DNA of 64,000 nt from Dehalococcoidia bacterium. Lineage in GTDB: Bacteria; Chloroflexota; Dehalococcoidia; UBA2979. The DNA is taken from positions 24,224 through 88,223 of the forward strand of contig JBAYVN010000001.1 in assembly GCA_041674525.1 (NCBI GenBank), written 5' to 3'. Below the pieces are notes generated by a model. It was not told where the DNA came from and ran no database searches. It worked only from the letters and a program-made list of their open reading frames with translations. A program made the translations under genes and the position numbers. Below, in pieces: positions 20,510 to 34,280 of this stretch (positions are counted from its first letter, which is position 1; each line of letters starts with the position of its first letter).

Positions 20510-21600
20510 GTGACCACTCCCACCCGCGTCGCCGGATTCTCCACGCACGAAGAGCGCATCGCCGCGCTGCACCGCGCGCTGAGCGAGCGCGTGCTGGTCC
20601 TCGACGGTTCGTGGGGCGTCCTGATCCAGGGCTTCGGGCTCACGGAGGCCGATTATCGCGGCGAGCGCTTCCGGGAGTGGCCGCAGGACCTGAAGGGGAA
20701 CAACGACCTCCTGATCCTGACGCGCCCCGACCTCGTCCGCGGAATCCACCGCGACTACCTGGACGCCGGCGCGGACATCACCTCCACGAACACGTTCGCC
20801 TCCACGTCGATCGCGCAGGCGGACTACGGACTGCAGGCGTACGCCGAAGAGCTCAACCGCGAGGGCGCGCGCCTGGGCCGCGAGGTCGCCGACGAGTTCA
20901 CCGCGCGCGACCCTTCGAAGCCGCGCTGGGTCGCCGGGTCGATCGGGCCGACGAACCGCACCGCCTCGATCTCCCCCGACGCGAACGACCCCGGGGCGCG
21001 CGGCGTGACGTTCGATGAGCTCCGCGCCGCGTACGCCGAGGCGGCGCGCGGGCTGATCGACGGCGGCGCCGACATCCTGCTCGTCGAGACGATCTTCGAC
21101 ACGCTGAACGCCAAGGCCGCCGTCTTCGCGATCGACGAGGTGTTCGAGGCCACCGGCGTCACGCTCCCCGTGATCATCTCGGGATCGGTCGTCGACCTGT
21201 CGGGGCGCAACCTGTCCGGGCAGACCGTGGAGGCGTTCTGGAACTCGCTGCGCCACGTGAAGCCCCTGGCGATCGGCCTGAACTGCTCGCTGGGGCCCGC
21301 GCAGATGCGCGAGTACGTCGCCGAGCTGTCGCGGGTCGCGGACACCGCCGTCTCGGCGTATCCCAACGCCGGGTTGCCCAACGAGTTCGGCGGCTACGAC
21401 GAGACCCCGGAGGACATGGCGGAGCGCCTGGGCGAGTGGGCGCGTGCCGGCATCGTCAACATCGTGGGCGGGTGCTGCGGCACGAAGCCGCCGCACATCC
21501 GCGCCATCGCGGACGCCGTGCGCGGCGTCCATCCGCGCACCCCGGCCCGCGTGGAGCCTCGCCTCCGCCTCTCCGGTCTCGAACCGTTCGAGGTGGCTCG

Positions 21601-21604
<4 letters not shown>
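20510..21604 (+). CDS. metH: Methionine synthase MetH, homocysteine S-methyltransferase domain (separate polypeptide)
   Basis: 364 aa, GTG start with GAAAGG Shine-Dalgarno; Hcy-binding barrel motifs (GGCCGT, LNCSLGP); ends in interdomain linker [12 protein letters not shown]. Confidence 0.8.
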
Positions 21605-24294
<2,690 letters not shown>

Positions 24295-24318
24295 CCGCGG
24301 AGAGCCGGGCCCCTCGAC

Positions 24319-25188
24319 TCAGTCCCGCCCGAGCGCCCCACGCAGATTGCGCGCGATCGTGCGCGCCGGCTCCGAGAAGTTGAGGGTGTACAGGTGCACG
24401 CCTGGTGCGCCCGCCGCCAGCAACTCCTCGCAGAGCCGAGTCGCGACCTCCGTCGCCACCTCGCGGCGGCTGGCGGCGTCATCGCCGCAGGCCAGCAGGC
24501 GCGCCCGCAGGTCGGCCGGGAACTCGGTGCCATTGGCGGCGGCCATGCGCGCGATGCCCTCGGCGTTGGTCGGTGGCATGACCCCGGGGATCACCGGCGT
24601 CGCCACGCCGCGCGCGGCCATCTCGGACACGAAACGCTCATAGTGCTCCGCGCGGAAGACGAACTGCGTGACCGCGAAGTCAGCGGCACGGAGCTTCGCG
24701 GCGTGGTGATCGAGGTCCTCGGCGCGCGAGGCCGCGCGCGGGTGCCCCTCCGGGTGCGCGGCCACGCCGATCGCGAACGGCGCGCGCTGGCGGATGAACG
24801 CGACGAGATCGATGGCACGCGTGAAGTCGCCCGCGGGGTGGTCCGGGCCGCCCACCGGGACGTCGCCGTGCAGCGCGAGGATATTCTCCGTCCCCAGCGC
24901 GCGATAGCGCTCCACGATGCTCTCGATCTCGGGGCGGGTGTGCGCCACGCAGGTGAGGTGCGGCATGGTCGTCACGCCCAGATCGCGCTGGATATGCTCC
25001 ACGACCTCGTAGGTGGGGCCGCGCGTCGATCCTCCCGCGCCGTACGTGACCGACATGAACGAGGGACGCAGCGCCGCCAGCCGGCCCAGGGTGCGCTCCA
25101 GCCGCAGCGCGCCCTCCTCGTCGCGCGGCGCGGAGAACTCGAAGGAGAGCGTGCGCCCCTGCGCGAGGAGATCGGTGATCGGTGTCAT
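24319..25188 (-). CDS. metF: 5,10-Methylenetetrahydrofolate reductase MetF
   Basis: 289 aa from internal ATG (MTPITDLLAQGRTLSFEF...); MetF TIM-barrel motifs; convergent with metH. Confidence 0.85.
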   Translation of the reverse strand: MTPITDLLAQGRTLSFEFSAPRDEEGALRLERTLGRLAALRPSFMSVTYGAGGSTRGPTYEVVEHIQRDLGVTTMPHLTCVAHTRPEIESIVERYRALGTENILALHGDVPVGGPDHPAGDFTRAIDLVAFIRQRAPFAIGVAAHPEGHPRAASRAEDLDHHAAKLRAADFAVTQFVFRAEHYERFVSEMAARGVATPVIPGVMPPTNAEGIARMAAANGTEFPADLRARLLACGDDAASRREVATEVATRLCEELLAAGAPGVHLYTLNFSEPARTIARNLRGALGRD

Positions 25189-25370
25189 ACTGCGATCCTT
25201 GCCTGATGTGCAGCGCGGCGTAAAGTCGCCCCACCGCACCAGCCCCGGAGGCGACCATCCAGACGGCCCGCTCGCCTCGCGTCCACCTGCTCCCGGCGAG
25301 TGCCACGCCGGACGCTCGCCGCCTCGTCACCGCCCGCGCGCTCCGAGGGCTGGCGGACGGCTTCGTCTCC

Positions 25371-26513
25371 GTGATGCTGGCCTCCTACCTGCACGGGCGG
25401 GGGTTCAGCCCGTTCGAGATCAGCGCGATCGTCACCGGGACGCTCCTGGGATCGGCGCTGCTCACGCTCCTCGTGGGGCTCGGCGGATACCGCTGGAGCC
25501 GGCGCCGCCTGCTGTTCGCCTCGGCGGGGCTGATGCTCGCCACCGGCGCCGGGTTCGCGCTCGCCACGAACTTCTGGGTGCTGCTCGCCGTCGCGGTCGT
25601 GGGCACCATGAACCCCACCGCCGGGGACGTCAGCGTGTTCCTTCCCACCGAGCAGTCGCTCCTCAGCGAGAACGCGGCCGCGCGCGACCGCACCGCGCTC
25701 TTCGCGCGGTACAACCTCGGGGGGATCTTCGCCGCGGCGATCGGGTCGCTCTGCGTCGGGCTGCCCGTCGCCGTCGCGCACGCCGGGGGGTGGCCCCTGG
25801 TGGAGGTGCAGCGCGCGTCGTTCCTGGTCTACGCCGTCAATGCCGCCGCGCTGGCGGTGGTGTACGGGCGCATGGCGCCCGAGGACACCCACGAGGCACG
25901 CCGTCCCGCCGCACCCCTGCGGGAGTCCCGCAGCGTGGTGCTGCGCCTGTCGGCGCTGTTCGCGCTGGACTCCTTCGGCAGCGGGTTCTTCGTGCAGACG
26001 CTGGTCACGCTCTGGCTCTTCCAGCGGTTCGACCTGTCCGTGGAGACCGCGGGCGCGATCTTCTTTGCCGCCGGGCTGCTCTCCGCCGTCTCGCAGCTGC
26101 TTTCCTCGTGGCTCGCGAGCCGCATCGGGCTGGTGAACACAATGGTCTTCACCCACCTCCCCGCGAACGCGTTCCTGATCCTCGCCGCCATCATGCCGAC
26201 CGCGCCCCTCGCGGTAGCGTTCCTGCTCGTGCGGATGTTCTTCTCGGTGATGGACGTCCCCGCGCGCCAGTCCTACACGATGGCGATCGTCCCGCCCGAG
26301 GAGCGCGCGGCCGCGGCGAGCGTGACCAACGTGCCGCGCAGCCTGGCGTCCGCCGTCGCCCCCCTGCTGGCGGGCGCGATGCTGAGCGCGAGCAGCGCCG
26401 GGTGGCCGCTGATCGTCGGCGGCGCGATCAAGATCGTGTACGACGTCCTGCTGCTGTGGCAGTTCCGCGCCCACCCCGCGCCCGAGGAGCGCCTCGCCCC
26501 GGCCACCTCGTAG
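25371..26513 (+). CDS. MFS transporter
   Basis: 380 aa, ~11 predicted TM helices; GTG/ATG start; the in-frame upstream region carries an MFS-like motif but no start codon (see findings). Confidence 0.6.
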   Translation: MMLASYLHGRGFSPFEISAIVTGTLLGSALLTLLVGLGGYRWSRRRLLFASAGLMLATGAGFALATNFWVLLAVAVVGTMNPTAGDVSVFLPTEQSLLSENAAARDRTALFARYNLGGIFAAAIGSLCVGLPVAVAHAGGWPLVEVQRASFLVYAVNAAALAVVYGRMAPEDTHEARRPAAPLRESRSVVLRLSALFALDSFGSGFFVQTLVTLWLFQRFDLSVETAGAIFFAAGLLSAVSQLLSSWLASRIGLVNTMVFTHLPANAFLILAAIMPTAPLAVAFLLVRMFFSVMDVPARQSYTMAIVPPEERAAAASVTNVPRSLASAVAPLLAGAMLSASSAGWPLIVGGAIKIVYDVLLLWQFRAHPAPEERLAPATS

Positions 26514-26839
26514 CCCCCGCGCCGCGCCCGATGCGGGGGCGTGGATTCGAGCCGGGGGCTCTGCTAGGCTGGGCGCGCAGCGATCGAGGAGCATCCGATG
26601 AGCGGCTGTCCCGTGCACATCTGGGGACCGATGATGGCCGCCGCGCTGCCCTTCAGCCGCACGGTCCGTGACGCCGTCCGCCTGAGGGCGAACGAACTCC
26701 TCCACCGTGCTCCCGCCGAGCCCCCCGCCCCGCGCGAGGTGCACCGCTGGGCGCCCATCGCCCCCGCCGGCGCTCGCGAAGACCCCTCGTAGACGCCCAG
26801 GCACGGCGCGAGCGATCCCCGGCCGGTCCTCGCCGGCAC

Positions 26840-27346
26840 CTACTCCCCCGCCAGCGCCTCGATCCCCGCACCGTCGATGCGGTACGGGAGCCACTCTCGC
26901 TGCTGCGCGAAGCCGAGGCGCTCGTAGAAGCCGCGTGCGGGATTCCAGTCGAGGACCGCGAGGTCGATGCGCCCCGCACCGCGTTCCTTCGCGACGCGCG
27001 CGAGGGCCTGCATGAGCGCGCGGCCGGCGCCGCTGGCGCGAGCATCCTCGACGACGAAGATGTCCTCCACGTACAGTCCGGCGCGGCCCTCCCACGTCGA
27101 GTAGTTGGGGAAGAAGAGCGCGAAGCCCACGGCCCGGGCACCCCCTCCGGCCTGCTGCTCGGCGACCAGGCACTCGAAGACGGGACGCTCGCCGAATCCG
27201 TCGCGCAGGACGTCCGCCTCGGTCAGGCGCACCCGCTCCGGCCGCTCGTGCTCGAAGGCTGCGAGGCCCCGCACGAACTCGACGATCGTCGCGGCGTCGG
27301 CCGGGGCCGCGAACCGCACGAGCGTCTCCGGGGGCGTCTCTCCCAT
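26840..27346 (-). CDS. GNAT family N-acetyltransferase
   Basis: 168 aa from internal ATG (MGETPPETLVRF...); acetyl-CoA binding motif RASGAGRALMQAL; the rest of the 888-aa ORF is antisense junk. Confidence 0.7.
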   Translation of the reverse strand: MGETPPETLVRFAAPADAATIVEFVRGLAAFEHERPERVRLTEADVLRDGFGERPVFECLVAEQQAGGGARAVGFALFFPNYSTWEGRAGLYVEDIFVVEDARASGAGRALMQALARVAKERGAGRIDLAVLDWNPARGFYERLGFAQQREWLPYRIDGAGIEALAGE

Positions 27347-27412
27347 GCGCCGATGGTACCGTAGACGCTCGCCCTGCCGGGGCGACACCGAGGCCACAGG
27401 AATGGACCGCGC

Positions 27413-29455
27413 TTGAACCGGCTCGCCCACGAGACCAGCCCGTACCTCCGCCAGCACGCGGACAACCCCGTCGACTGGTACCCCTGGGGCGAGGAGGCGC
27501 TCGCGAAGGCCCGGGCCGAGGAGAAGCCGATCCTGCTCTCGGTCGGGTACTCCACGTGCCACTGGTGCCACGTCATGGCGCACGAGTCCTTCGAGGACCA
27601 GGCGACCGCGGCACTGATGAACGACGCCTTCGTCTGCATCAAGGTCGACCGGGAGGAGCGCCCGGACATCGACGCGGTGTACATGACGTTCACCCAGGCG
27701 CTGACCGGCCAGGGCGGGTGGCCGATGACCGTGTTCCTGACGCCGGACCTGGAGCCGTTCTACGCGGGAACCTACTTCCCGCCGGTGGACCTGCAGGGAC
27801 GCCCGGCGTTCCCGCGCCTGCTCGCGAACATCCGCCACGCGTGGGCGGAGGAGCGCTCGCGGGTGCTGGAGTCCGCGACCACGATCACGCAGCGCATCCG
27901 CGAGGCGTCCGACAGCATGGCGGTGCGCGGGGGGACGATCGCGCCGGGCGTCCTCGGCGCCGCCGTGGATGGGCTGCGCGCCTCCTTCGACGCGCAGGCG
28001 GGCGGCTTCGGCGGCGCGCCGAAGTTCCCCACGGCCACGGCGTTCGAGTTCCTGCTCTGGCACCACGCGACCACGGGCGACGGCAAGCAGCCCGGTGGGC
28101 TGGAGATGGTGACGCACACGCTGCGCCACATGGCTGCCGGCGGCATCTACGACCACCTCGGCGGCGGCTTCGCGCGGTACTCCGTGGATGGTGAGTGGCT
28201 GGTGCCGCACTTCGAGAAGATGCTCTACGACAACGCCCAGCTCGCGCGCGTCTACCTGCACGCGTGGCAGATCACGGGCGAGCCGCTCTTCGAGCGCGTC
28301 GCCCGCGAGACCCTCGACTACCTGCTGCGCGAGATGCGCGACGAGGGTCCCTCGGGGGGCGGCCTGTTCGCCGCGCAGGACGCCGACAGCGAGGGCATCG
28401 AGGGCCAGTTCTTCGTCTGGACCGTCGAGGAGATCGACGCCGTGCTGGGATCCGAGGACGGTGAGCTCTTCCGCTCCGTCTTCGGAGTCACGCCCGCAGG
28501 CAACTTCGCCGACCCGCACCACCCGGAGCTCGCCGGGCGCAACGTCCTCAGCCGCCCGGTCGCCCCCGAGACCGACGCCCGGGTCGCGGCTCGGATCGAC
28601 GCGCTGCGCGCCCGCATGTTCGAGGCGCGCGAGCGGCGAACGCACCCCGCTCGCGACGACAAGGTCATCGCGTCGTGGAACGGCCTCGCGCTTTCCGCCT
28701 TCGCCGAGGCCGCCCGCATCCTGGACGACGCGAGATACCTGGCGGCGGCGCGGGGGATCGCCACGTTCCTGCGCGAGCGGATGTGGGACGGCGCGCGCCT
28801 CCGGCACGTCTACGCAGGCGGGGCCACGAAGGTGGACGGTCAGCTGGATGACTACGCGGACGTGGGCCTCGGCGCGCTGGAGCTCTACCGGGCGACGGGC
28901 GACCTCACGCTGGTCGCGTGGGCGGCCGATCTGCTGGCGCGGGCGATCGAGCATTTCCACGACGACGAGCACGGCGGCTTCTTCGCGTCGCCCGACGACG
29001 GCGAGGAGCTGATCCTCCGCCAGAAGGCGTTCTTCGACGCGCCGGCGCCCAGCGGCAACGGGTCGATCGCCCTGCTCGCGGCCTGGCTCGGACGCTACCT
29101 CGGCCGCGCGGACTGGGAGTCGCTGGCGATCGAGGTCGTTGCGCTGGTCGCTGACCACCTGGAGCGCGCCCCGACCGGCTTCGGCGCCATCCTCCAGGTG
29201 CTGACGCTGGCGCTCTCGCCGCACCTGGAGGTGGCGATCGTCGGCGACCCGGCCGCCCGGGCGCCGTTCGAGCGGGAGGCCGCCCGGCACTTCCTGCCGA
29301 CTGCCTTGCTGGCGCCCGCGGCGAACGGTGGTACTCTGCCCCTTCTGGAAGGCCGCGACGTCGCGGGCGGAGCGGCTGGCTACGTCTGCCATGACATGGT
29401 GTGCGACCTCCCCGCGCTTGATGTGGAGACGTTCCGTGGCCAACTCGCCGGCTAA
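27413..29455 (+). CDS. Thioredoxin-domain protein, DUF255 / YyaL (SSP411-like) family
   Basis: 680 aa; N-terminal thioredoxin-fold CHWCH motif ([14 protein letters not shown]); six-hairpin glycosidase-like C-terminal region. Confidence 0.8.
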   Translation: MNRLAHETSPYLRQHADNPVDWYPWGEEALAKARAEEKPILLSVGYSTCHWCHVMAHESFEDQATAALMNDAFVCIKVDREERPDIDAVYMTFTQALTGQGGWPMTVFLTPDLEPFYAGTYFPPVDLQGRPAFPRLLANIRHAWAEERSRVLESATTITQRIREASDSMAVRGGTIAPGVLGAAVDGLRASFDAQAGGFGGAPKFPTATAFEFLLWHHATTGDGKQPGGLEMVTHTLRHMAAGGIYDHLGGGFARYSVDGEWLVPHFEKMLYDNAQLARVYLHAWQITGEPLFERVARETLDYLLREMRDEGPSGGGLFAAQDADSEGIEGQFFVWTVEEIDAVLGSEDGELFRSVFGVTPAGNFADPHHPELAGRNVLSRPVAPETDARVAARIDALRARMFEARERRTHPARDDKVIASWNGLALSAFAEAARILDDARYLAAARGIATFLRERMWDGARLRHVYAGGATKVDGQLDDYADVGLGALELYRATGDLTLVAWAADLLARAIEHFHDDEHGGFFASPDDGEELILRQKAFFDAPAPSGNGSIALLAAWLGRYLGRADWESLAIEVVALVADHLERAPTGFGAILQVLTLALSPHLEVAIVGDPAARAPFEREAARHFLPTALLAPAANGGTLPLLEGRDVAGGAAGYVCHDMVCDLPALDVETFRGQLAG

Positions 29456-30716
29456 CGCCCCGTCCACGGACGAGGGCACCGAGGCCGACCTACAGGCGCA
29501 CCGCATCCCCGCATGGGCCCCGTTCCGCTTCGCCGACTACCGCCTCTTCTGGTTCGGCTCCGTCGCCGCGACGTTCACCAACCAGCTGGTCGTGCTGATC
29601 ACCGGCGTCTGGCTGTTCCAGGCGACCGGCTCGCCGGCGCAGCTTGGCCTGCTCGGCGGCGTGCAGCTGGTCGTGCAGATCCCGGGGCTGCTCTGGGGCG
29701 GGACGCTGGCGGACGAGATGGACCGCAAGCGGCTGATGGCGCTGACGCAGGGCCTCACGGCCACCGTCCTGGGCGTGCTGGCGGTGCTGCAGGTGATGGG
29801 CGCACTGGTCCCGTGGCACATCTACGCCGCGACCGCGGTGATGAGCGCCACGGGCGTCATCGGCCAGCCCGCGCGCGCGGCGCTGACCGCGACTGTGGTC
29901 CCGCGCACCCACCTGATGCACGCCATCACCTCGAACCAGCTGACGCAGCAGATCGGCTCGATCATCGCCCCGCTGCTGTTCGGCCTCGTCGCCGTGCGTT
30001 GGGGGCTGACGCCCGCCTTCGTCGTGACCGCGCTGACGGCGATTCCCGCCGCCGTCATGCCGCTGATGATCCGCGCCGAGGGCCGCGCCCGGGGCGTCTC
30101 CACCACCGGCAGCGTGCCCAGGCGCGTGTGGGAGGGATTCCAGTTCGTCCGCGGGCACGGCATCCTTCCCGGGCTCTTCCTCCTCGACATCGGGATGACG
30201 GTCTTCACGTTCTACCGCCAGCTGATCCCGGCGCTGGCGAGCGGTCTCTTCCACGGCGGAGCGGGGGCCACGAGCCTGCTCACCTCCGCCAATGCCGCTG
30301 GCGCCGTGCTGGGCACGCTCGGCGTCTTCTTCGCGACGAGGTATCGCGCGAAGGGGATGATGGTCGTCTACATCACGCTGGCGTTCAGCATCTCGGTCTT
30401 CCTGTTCGGCACGGTGTCCTCGCTGTGGCTGGGCGCCCTGGTGATCGTGGGCATGGGCGCCTTCGACGCCGTGAGCATGACCACGCGGCAGGCGATGATG
30501 CAGCTCACCACGGCGGACCAGATGCTGGGCCGGACACTGAGCCTGGGGACGCTGGTCGCGACCACGGCGAACAACATCGGCACGCTCTGGGTGGGCTTCG
30601 TGGCGGCCGGGATCGGGGCGGCGAAGACGATGCAGCTCGGCGGCCTGCTCGCCCTCGGCTGCACGCTCGTCGTCTGGTGGGCGGTGAGAGCACTGCGCGA
30701 GTACCGCTACCCGTAG
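29421..30716 (+). CDS. MFS transporter (EntS/DHA-like)
   Basis: Start chosen as first in-frame ATG overlapping upstream gene end (GTG at 29436 alternative); [13 protein letters not shown]-terminal MFS motif, ~12 TM. Confidence 0.65.
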   Translation: MWRRSVANSPANAPSTDEGTEADLQAHRIPAWAPFRFADYRLFWFGSVAATFTNQLVVLITGVWLFQATGSPAQLGLLGGVQLVVQIPGLLWGGTLADEMDRKRLMALTQGLTATVLGVLAVLQVMGALVPWHIYAATAVMSATGVIGQPARAALTATVVPRTHLMHAITSNQLTQQIGSIIAPLLFGLVAVRWGLTPAFVVTALTAIPAAVMPLMIRAEGRARGVSTTGSVPRRVWEGFQFVRGHGILPGLFLLDIGMTVFTFYRQLIPALASGLFHGGAGATSLLTSANAAGAVLGTLGVFFATRYRAKGMMVVYITLAFSISVFLFGTVSSLWLGALVIVGMGAFDAVSMTTRQAMMQLTTADQMLGRTLSLGTLVATTANNIGTLWVGFVAAGIGAAKTMQLGGLLALGCTLVVWWAVRALREYRYP

Positions 30717-30839
30717 CCGCCCGGCGCCCAGGCGGGCGGGCCGAGCGGGCCGGGGGGCGGCCGCGTCGCGGGCCCTTCGGCCCTGCCGGGCAGGGACGCG
30801 CCGGGGTACAGTGCTCTCGCACACCTGAACGAGGTCCGG

Positions 30840-32111
30840 ATGCCCGACCTGCAGCGCCTGATCGATGGCTTCGATGCCGGCGAACTCGTGCGCCCGTTCT
30901 CCGGAAGCACCTCGCTCATCGACGTGGTGCGGGCGTCGGCGAAGGCGTGCGGGGTGCACGACATCCCGATGAACAACTCCAGCCGCGCGATCGCGGATCA
31001 CCTCAAGCGCGCCGAGCACCTGGTCTTCGTGCTCGCGGACGGGCTCGGGATCCAGTTCATCGACCAGCTGCCGCGCGGGTCGTGGCTGCGGCGGCACACG
31101 CGCCGCACCATCCAGGCCACGTTCCCGCCGACCACGCCGGTCGCGCTGACGACGATCGCCACCGGCGACTACCCGGCGTGCCACGGGATCACTGGGTGGT
31201 GGACGCACCTCCCCTCGCTCTGCGCGCCCGTGACCGTCTTCCACAACAGCCGCTCGACGGACGACGTTTCGCTCGATGACCTTGGCGTCAACGTCCGCGA
31301 GCTCTTTCCGCGCGAGCCGCTGCTACCACGCATGCAGCGCGACGTGGCGCTGCTGATGCCGGCGAACGTGGTGGACACGCCGTTCACGCGCTACATGGCC
31401 GGCGGCAAGCCCTGCATCGGATATACGCGCCCAGCCGACGCGTCGAGGAAGATCGCGGAGCGCATCGCGCAGGCCGCGGGGCCGACGTTCACGTACTGGT
31501 ACACACCGTACCCGGACTCGCTCGCCCACGAGCACGGCACGCACGACGATCGGGTGATGGGGAGCGTGGAGGATCTGGACGCGGCCATCGGCCAACTGGT
31601 CTGCGCGCTCCGCGAGCACGAGATCGTCGCGCGCATCGTGATCACCGCGGATCACGGGCACCTCGACGTGGGTGGAGCCGGGCATCTCGAGGTCGCCGCG
31701 GACGACGCGCTCCTTGAGTTCCTCACGTGCCCGCCCTCGGGCGACATGCGCACGCTCTACTGGCACGTGCGCCCGGGGCGTCACCGCGAGTTTGCGCGCG
31801 CGTTCAAGGCGCGCTTCGGGGAGTGGTTCCTGCTGCTGTCAGCGACGGACGTCGAGCGGGTCGGGCTGTTCGGTCCAGATCTCCTGTCCGACACCATGCG
31901 CGCGCGGGTCGGCGACTTCGTGACGATCGCGCTGGGACGCGAGGTGCTGCGCTACGCCGGTGCGCCCGGCCACGAGCGCTACCTCGCCCAGCGCTCGCAC
32001 CACTCCGGCCTGAGCGCGGCGGAGATGCACGTCCCCCTGATCCTGATCGGCACCGAGGGCCACGACCCCCCCGGGGAACTCGACTTCACGGCGCGCCGCC
32101 GCCAGTCCTAG
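30840..32111 (+). CDS. Alkaline phosphatase superfamily protein (nucleotide pyrophosphatase/phosphodiesterase-like)
   Basis: 423 aa; VLADGLG, TGDYPACHGITGW and TADHGH metal-site motifs. Confidence 0.65.
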   Translation: MPDLQRLIDGFDAGELVRPFSGSTSLIDVVRASAKACGVHDIPMNNSSRAIADHLKRAEHLVFVLADGLGIQFIDQLPRGSWLRRHTRRTIQATFPPTTPVALTTIATGDYPACHGITGWWTHLPSLCAPVTVFHNSRSTDDVSLDDLGVNVRELFPREPLLPRMQRDVALLMPANVVDTPFTRYMAGGKPCIGYTRPADASRKIAERIAQAAGPTFTYWYTPYPDSLAHEHGTHDDRVMGSVEDLDAAIGQLVCALREHEIVARIVITADHGHLDVGGAGHLEVAADDALLEFLTCPPSGDMRTLYWHVRPGRHREFARAFKARFGEWFLLLSATDVERVGLFGPDLLSDTMRARVGDFVTIALGREVLRYAGAPGHERYLAQRSHHSGLSAAEMHVPLILIGTEGHDPPGELDFTARRRQS

Positions 32112-32226
32112 GCTGCTGCGACCGGTGCACCGGCAGCCATCGAACGCGGCAGGGCGGCCCTTTCGGGCCGCCCTGCTATGAGTCACCGCGCCGAGGCGCC
32201 GCCGGACCGGAACCCGGGACCGGGAC

Positions 32227-33228
32227 CTACTTGCTGAACGTGGAGCAGATCGTGTCCGTGACCAGGCGGGTCACGGTGTACGGGTCCATGTTCGCGTTCG
32301 GGCGCCGGTCCTCGATGTAGCCCTTCTTGTCGACGGCCACCTGCCACGGGATCCGCACCGAGGCGCCCCGGTGTGACACGCCGTACGAGAACTTCGTGTA
32401 CGGGGCGGTCTCGTGCGCACCGGTCAGGCGGCGCTCGATGCCATCACCGTAGTTCTTGATGTGCAGGTCGTGCTTCGGACCGAGCGCCTTGGCGGCGCGC
32501 TCGACGTAGTCGTACGACTCGCGCATCTCCTTGGTGGAGAAGTTCGTGTGGCAGCCGGCGCCGTTCCAGTCGCCGGAGACGGGCTTCGGGTTCAGCGTCG
32601 CGCTGACATCGAAGTCCTCGGCGATCCGGTAGAGCAGCCAGCGGGCCATCCAGAGCTGGTCGGAGCACTCCACCGGACCGATCGGTCCGATCTGGAACTC
32701 CCACTGCCCGGGCATGACCTCCGCGTTGGTGCCCGCGATCTTCAGACCGGCCGCGATGCAGGCGTCCGAGTGCGCCTCGACGATCTCGCGACCGAAGATC
32801 TCGTCCGAGCCCACGCCGCAGTAGTAACCGAACTGCGGGGCCGGGAAGCCGTTGTCCGGCCAGCCCAGCGGCTTCAGCCCGTCGAAGAACGTGTACTCCT
32901 GCTCGATGCCGAACCACGGCTCGTGCTTCGCGTACTTCTTCGCCGTCGCCACCAGCGCGGCGCGCTTGTTGGACGGGTGCGGCTTCATGTTCGTCAGCAG
33001 CACCTCGCAGAGGACCAGCAGGTTGGCTCCGCCGCGGATCGGGTCGGGGCACGTGAAGACGGGGTTCAGGACGCAGTCGGACGCGCTGCCCTCCGCCTGG
33101 TTCGTGCTCGAGCCGTCGAAGCCCCAGATCGGCGGGGTCTGCCCGTCCTCGATGATCTTGGTCTTCGAGCGCAGCTTCTGCGTCGGGACGGCACCGTCGA
33201 TCCAGATGTACTCAGCCTTGTATGGCAT
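32227..33228 (-). CDS. glnII: Glutamine synthetase, type II (eukaryote-like GSII)
   Basis: 333 aa from internal ATG MPYKAEYIWIDG (GGAAGG Shine-Dalgarno); GSII-type sequence throughout. Confidence 0.85.
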   Translation of the reverse strand: MPYKAEYIWIDGAVPTQKLRSKTKIIEDGQTPPIWGFDGSSTNQAEGSASDCVLNPVFTCPDPIRGGANLLVLCEVLLTNMKPHPSNKRAALVATAKKYAKHEPWFGIEQEYTFFDGLKPLGWPDNGFPAPQFGYYCGVGSDEIFGREIVEAHSDACIAAGLKIAGTNAEVMPGQWEFQIGPIGPVECSDQLWMARWLLYRIAEDFDVSATLNPKPVSGDWNGAGCHTNFSTKEMRESYDYVERAAKALGPKHDLHIKNYGDGIERRLTGAHETAPYTKFSYGVSHRGASVRIPWQVAVDKKGYIEDRRPNANMDPYTVTRLVTDTICSTFSK

Positions 33229-33442
33229 ATCCCGCCTTCCGTTGATCCCTGCTTGAAGCCACTGGCGGCCCCCGTAATGCAGGGACCTTATGCTAGCCAC
33301 GTTTCAGGAGTATTTCACACGCCTCACGCGCGCGCTCGGGGCGCCCTGCGGCGTTGAGGCCGCCCGCTTGATGATGCGCCGCCCGCGGTTTGCGAGCACC
33401 CCCACCCGGCCCGAGACTGGAGAGGCGCCCCCGGAGCGACAC

Positions 33443-34186
33443 ATGCGGTTCCGTCTGCCGACACCGGTGCTGCTAGGCCTGATCGCCCTGGCGATCGCCA
33501 TCCTGCTCGCCCTCGGCGTCTGGCAGGTGCGGCGGGGCGAGGAGCGCGCGAACCTCGTCGCGACCCGGAACGCGCAGCTCGCCGGCGAGCCGCTGAGTAC
33601 CGCCGAGGCCCGCACCCGGGCTGTCCCCGACCCCGCCGCCCTCGACTACCGCCTGGTGGCGATCGAGGGCACGTGGGACGGCGATCGCGTGATGATCCTC
33701 GCCAACCGCGCGCGGTACGGCCTGAAGGGCGAGAACGTGATCCAGCCGCTGGTGATCGCGCCGGGCGAGGCCGTGCTGGTCGACCGCGGGTGGTACCCCG
33801 TGGGCCAGCGCGCCGCCGTGCTCGCACGCCTCCGAGAGGGAGGCAATGCCGGCGCCCGCGGCGTCGCACGGTACATCGAGGGCCTCCGTTCCAATCGCAC
33901 GCCCGCCGGGACGTGGACCGGCCTCTCCCCGGATTCCATGGCGGCGGGGCTGCCGTACCGGCTGCTCCCGTGGTACGTCATCGAGGGACCACTGCTCTCC
34001 GAGCGCGACCCGATGCCCGACAGCTATCCCGCGCAGGGCTTCCTGCCGTACAGCAGCGACACCCCGCACACGGAGTACGCGATCACCTGGTTCGGCATCG
34101 CGGCCGCCCTCGCCGCCGTCTCCGTGATGCGCTTTGTGATCGAGCCGAGGCGGGCCCGCCGGCGCACCGCGGCGCTGAAGATCTGA
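33443..34186 (+). CDS. SURF1 family cytochrome oxidase assembly protein
   Basis: 247 aa from MRFRLPTPVLL...; N- and C-terminal TM helices flanking periplasmic SURF1 domain (LVDRGWYP motif). Confidence 0.7.
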   Translation: MRFRLPTPVLLGLIALAIAILLALGVWQVRRGEERANLVATRNAQLAGEPLSTAEARTRAVPDPAALDYRLVAIEGTWDGDRVMILANRARYGLKGENVIQPLVIAPGEAVLVDRGWYPVGQRAAVLARLREGGNAGARGVARYIEGLRSNRTPAGTWTGLSPDSMAAGLPYRLLPWYVIEGPLLSERDPMPDSYPAQGFLPYSSDTPHTEYAITWFGIAAALAAVSVMRFVIEPRRARRRTAALKI

Positions 34187-34280
34187 CCGGCGGCGATCCG
34201 TCCGCTACGATCCGTGCTCGCCGCGCCCGGACACCCGGGATCGCCGAGCGCCGGACGCGAGCCAGCCGAGGGAGAGCACG

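Noticed and set aside
27347-29506. Upstream 720 codons of the 888-aa minus ORF containing the GNAT gene
   Set aside because: Antisense of the DUF255 thioredoxin-domain gene. Only the C-terminal 168-aa GNAT is supported.
29490-31244. 584-aa minus-strand ORF
   Set aside because: Arg-rich antisense of the MFS transporter and phosphatase genes.
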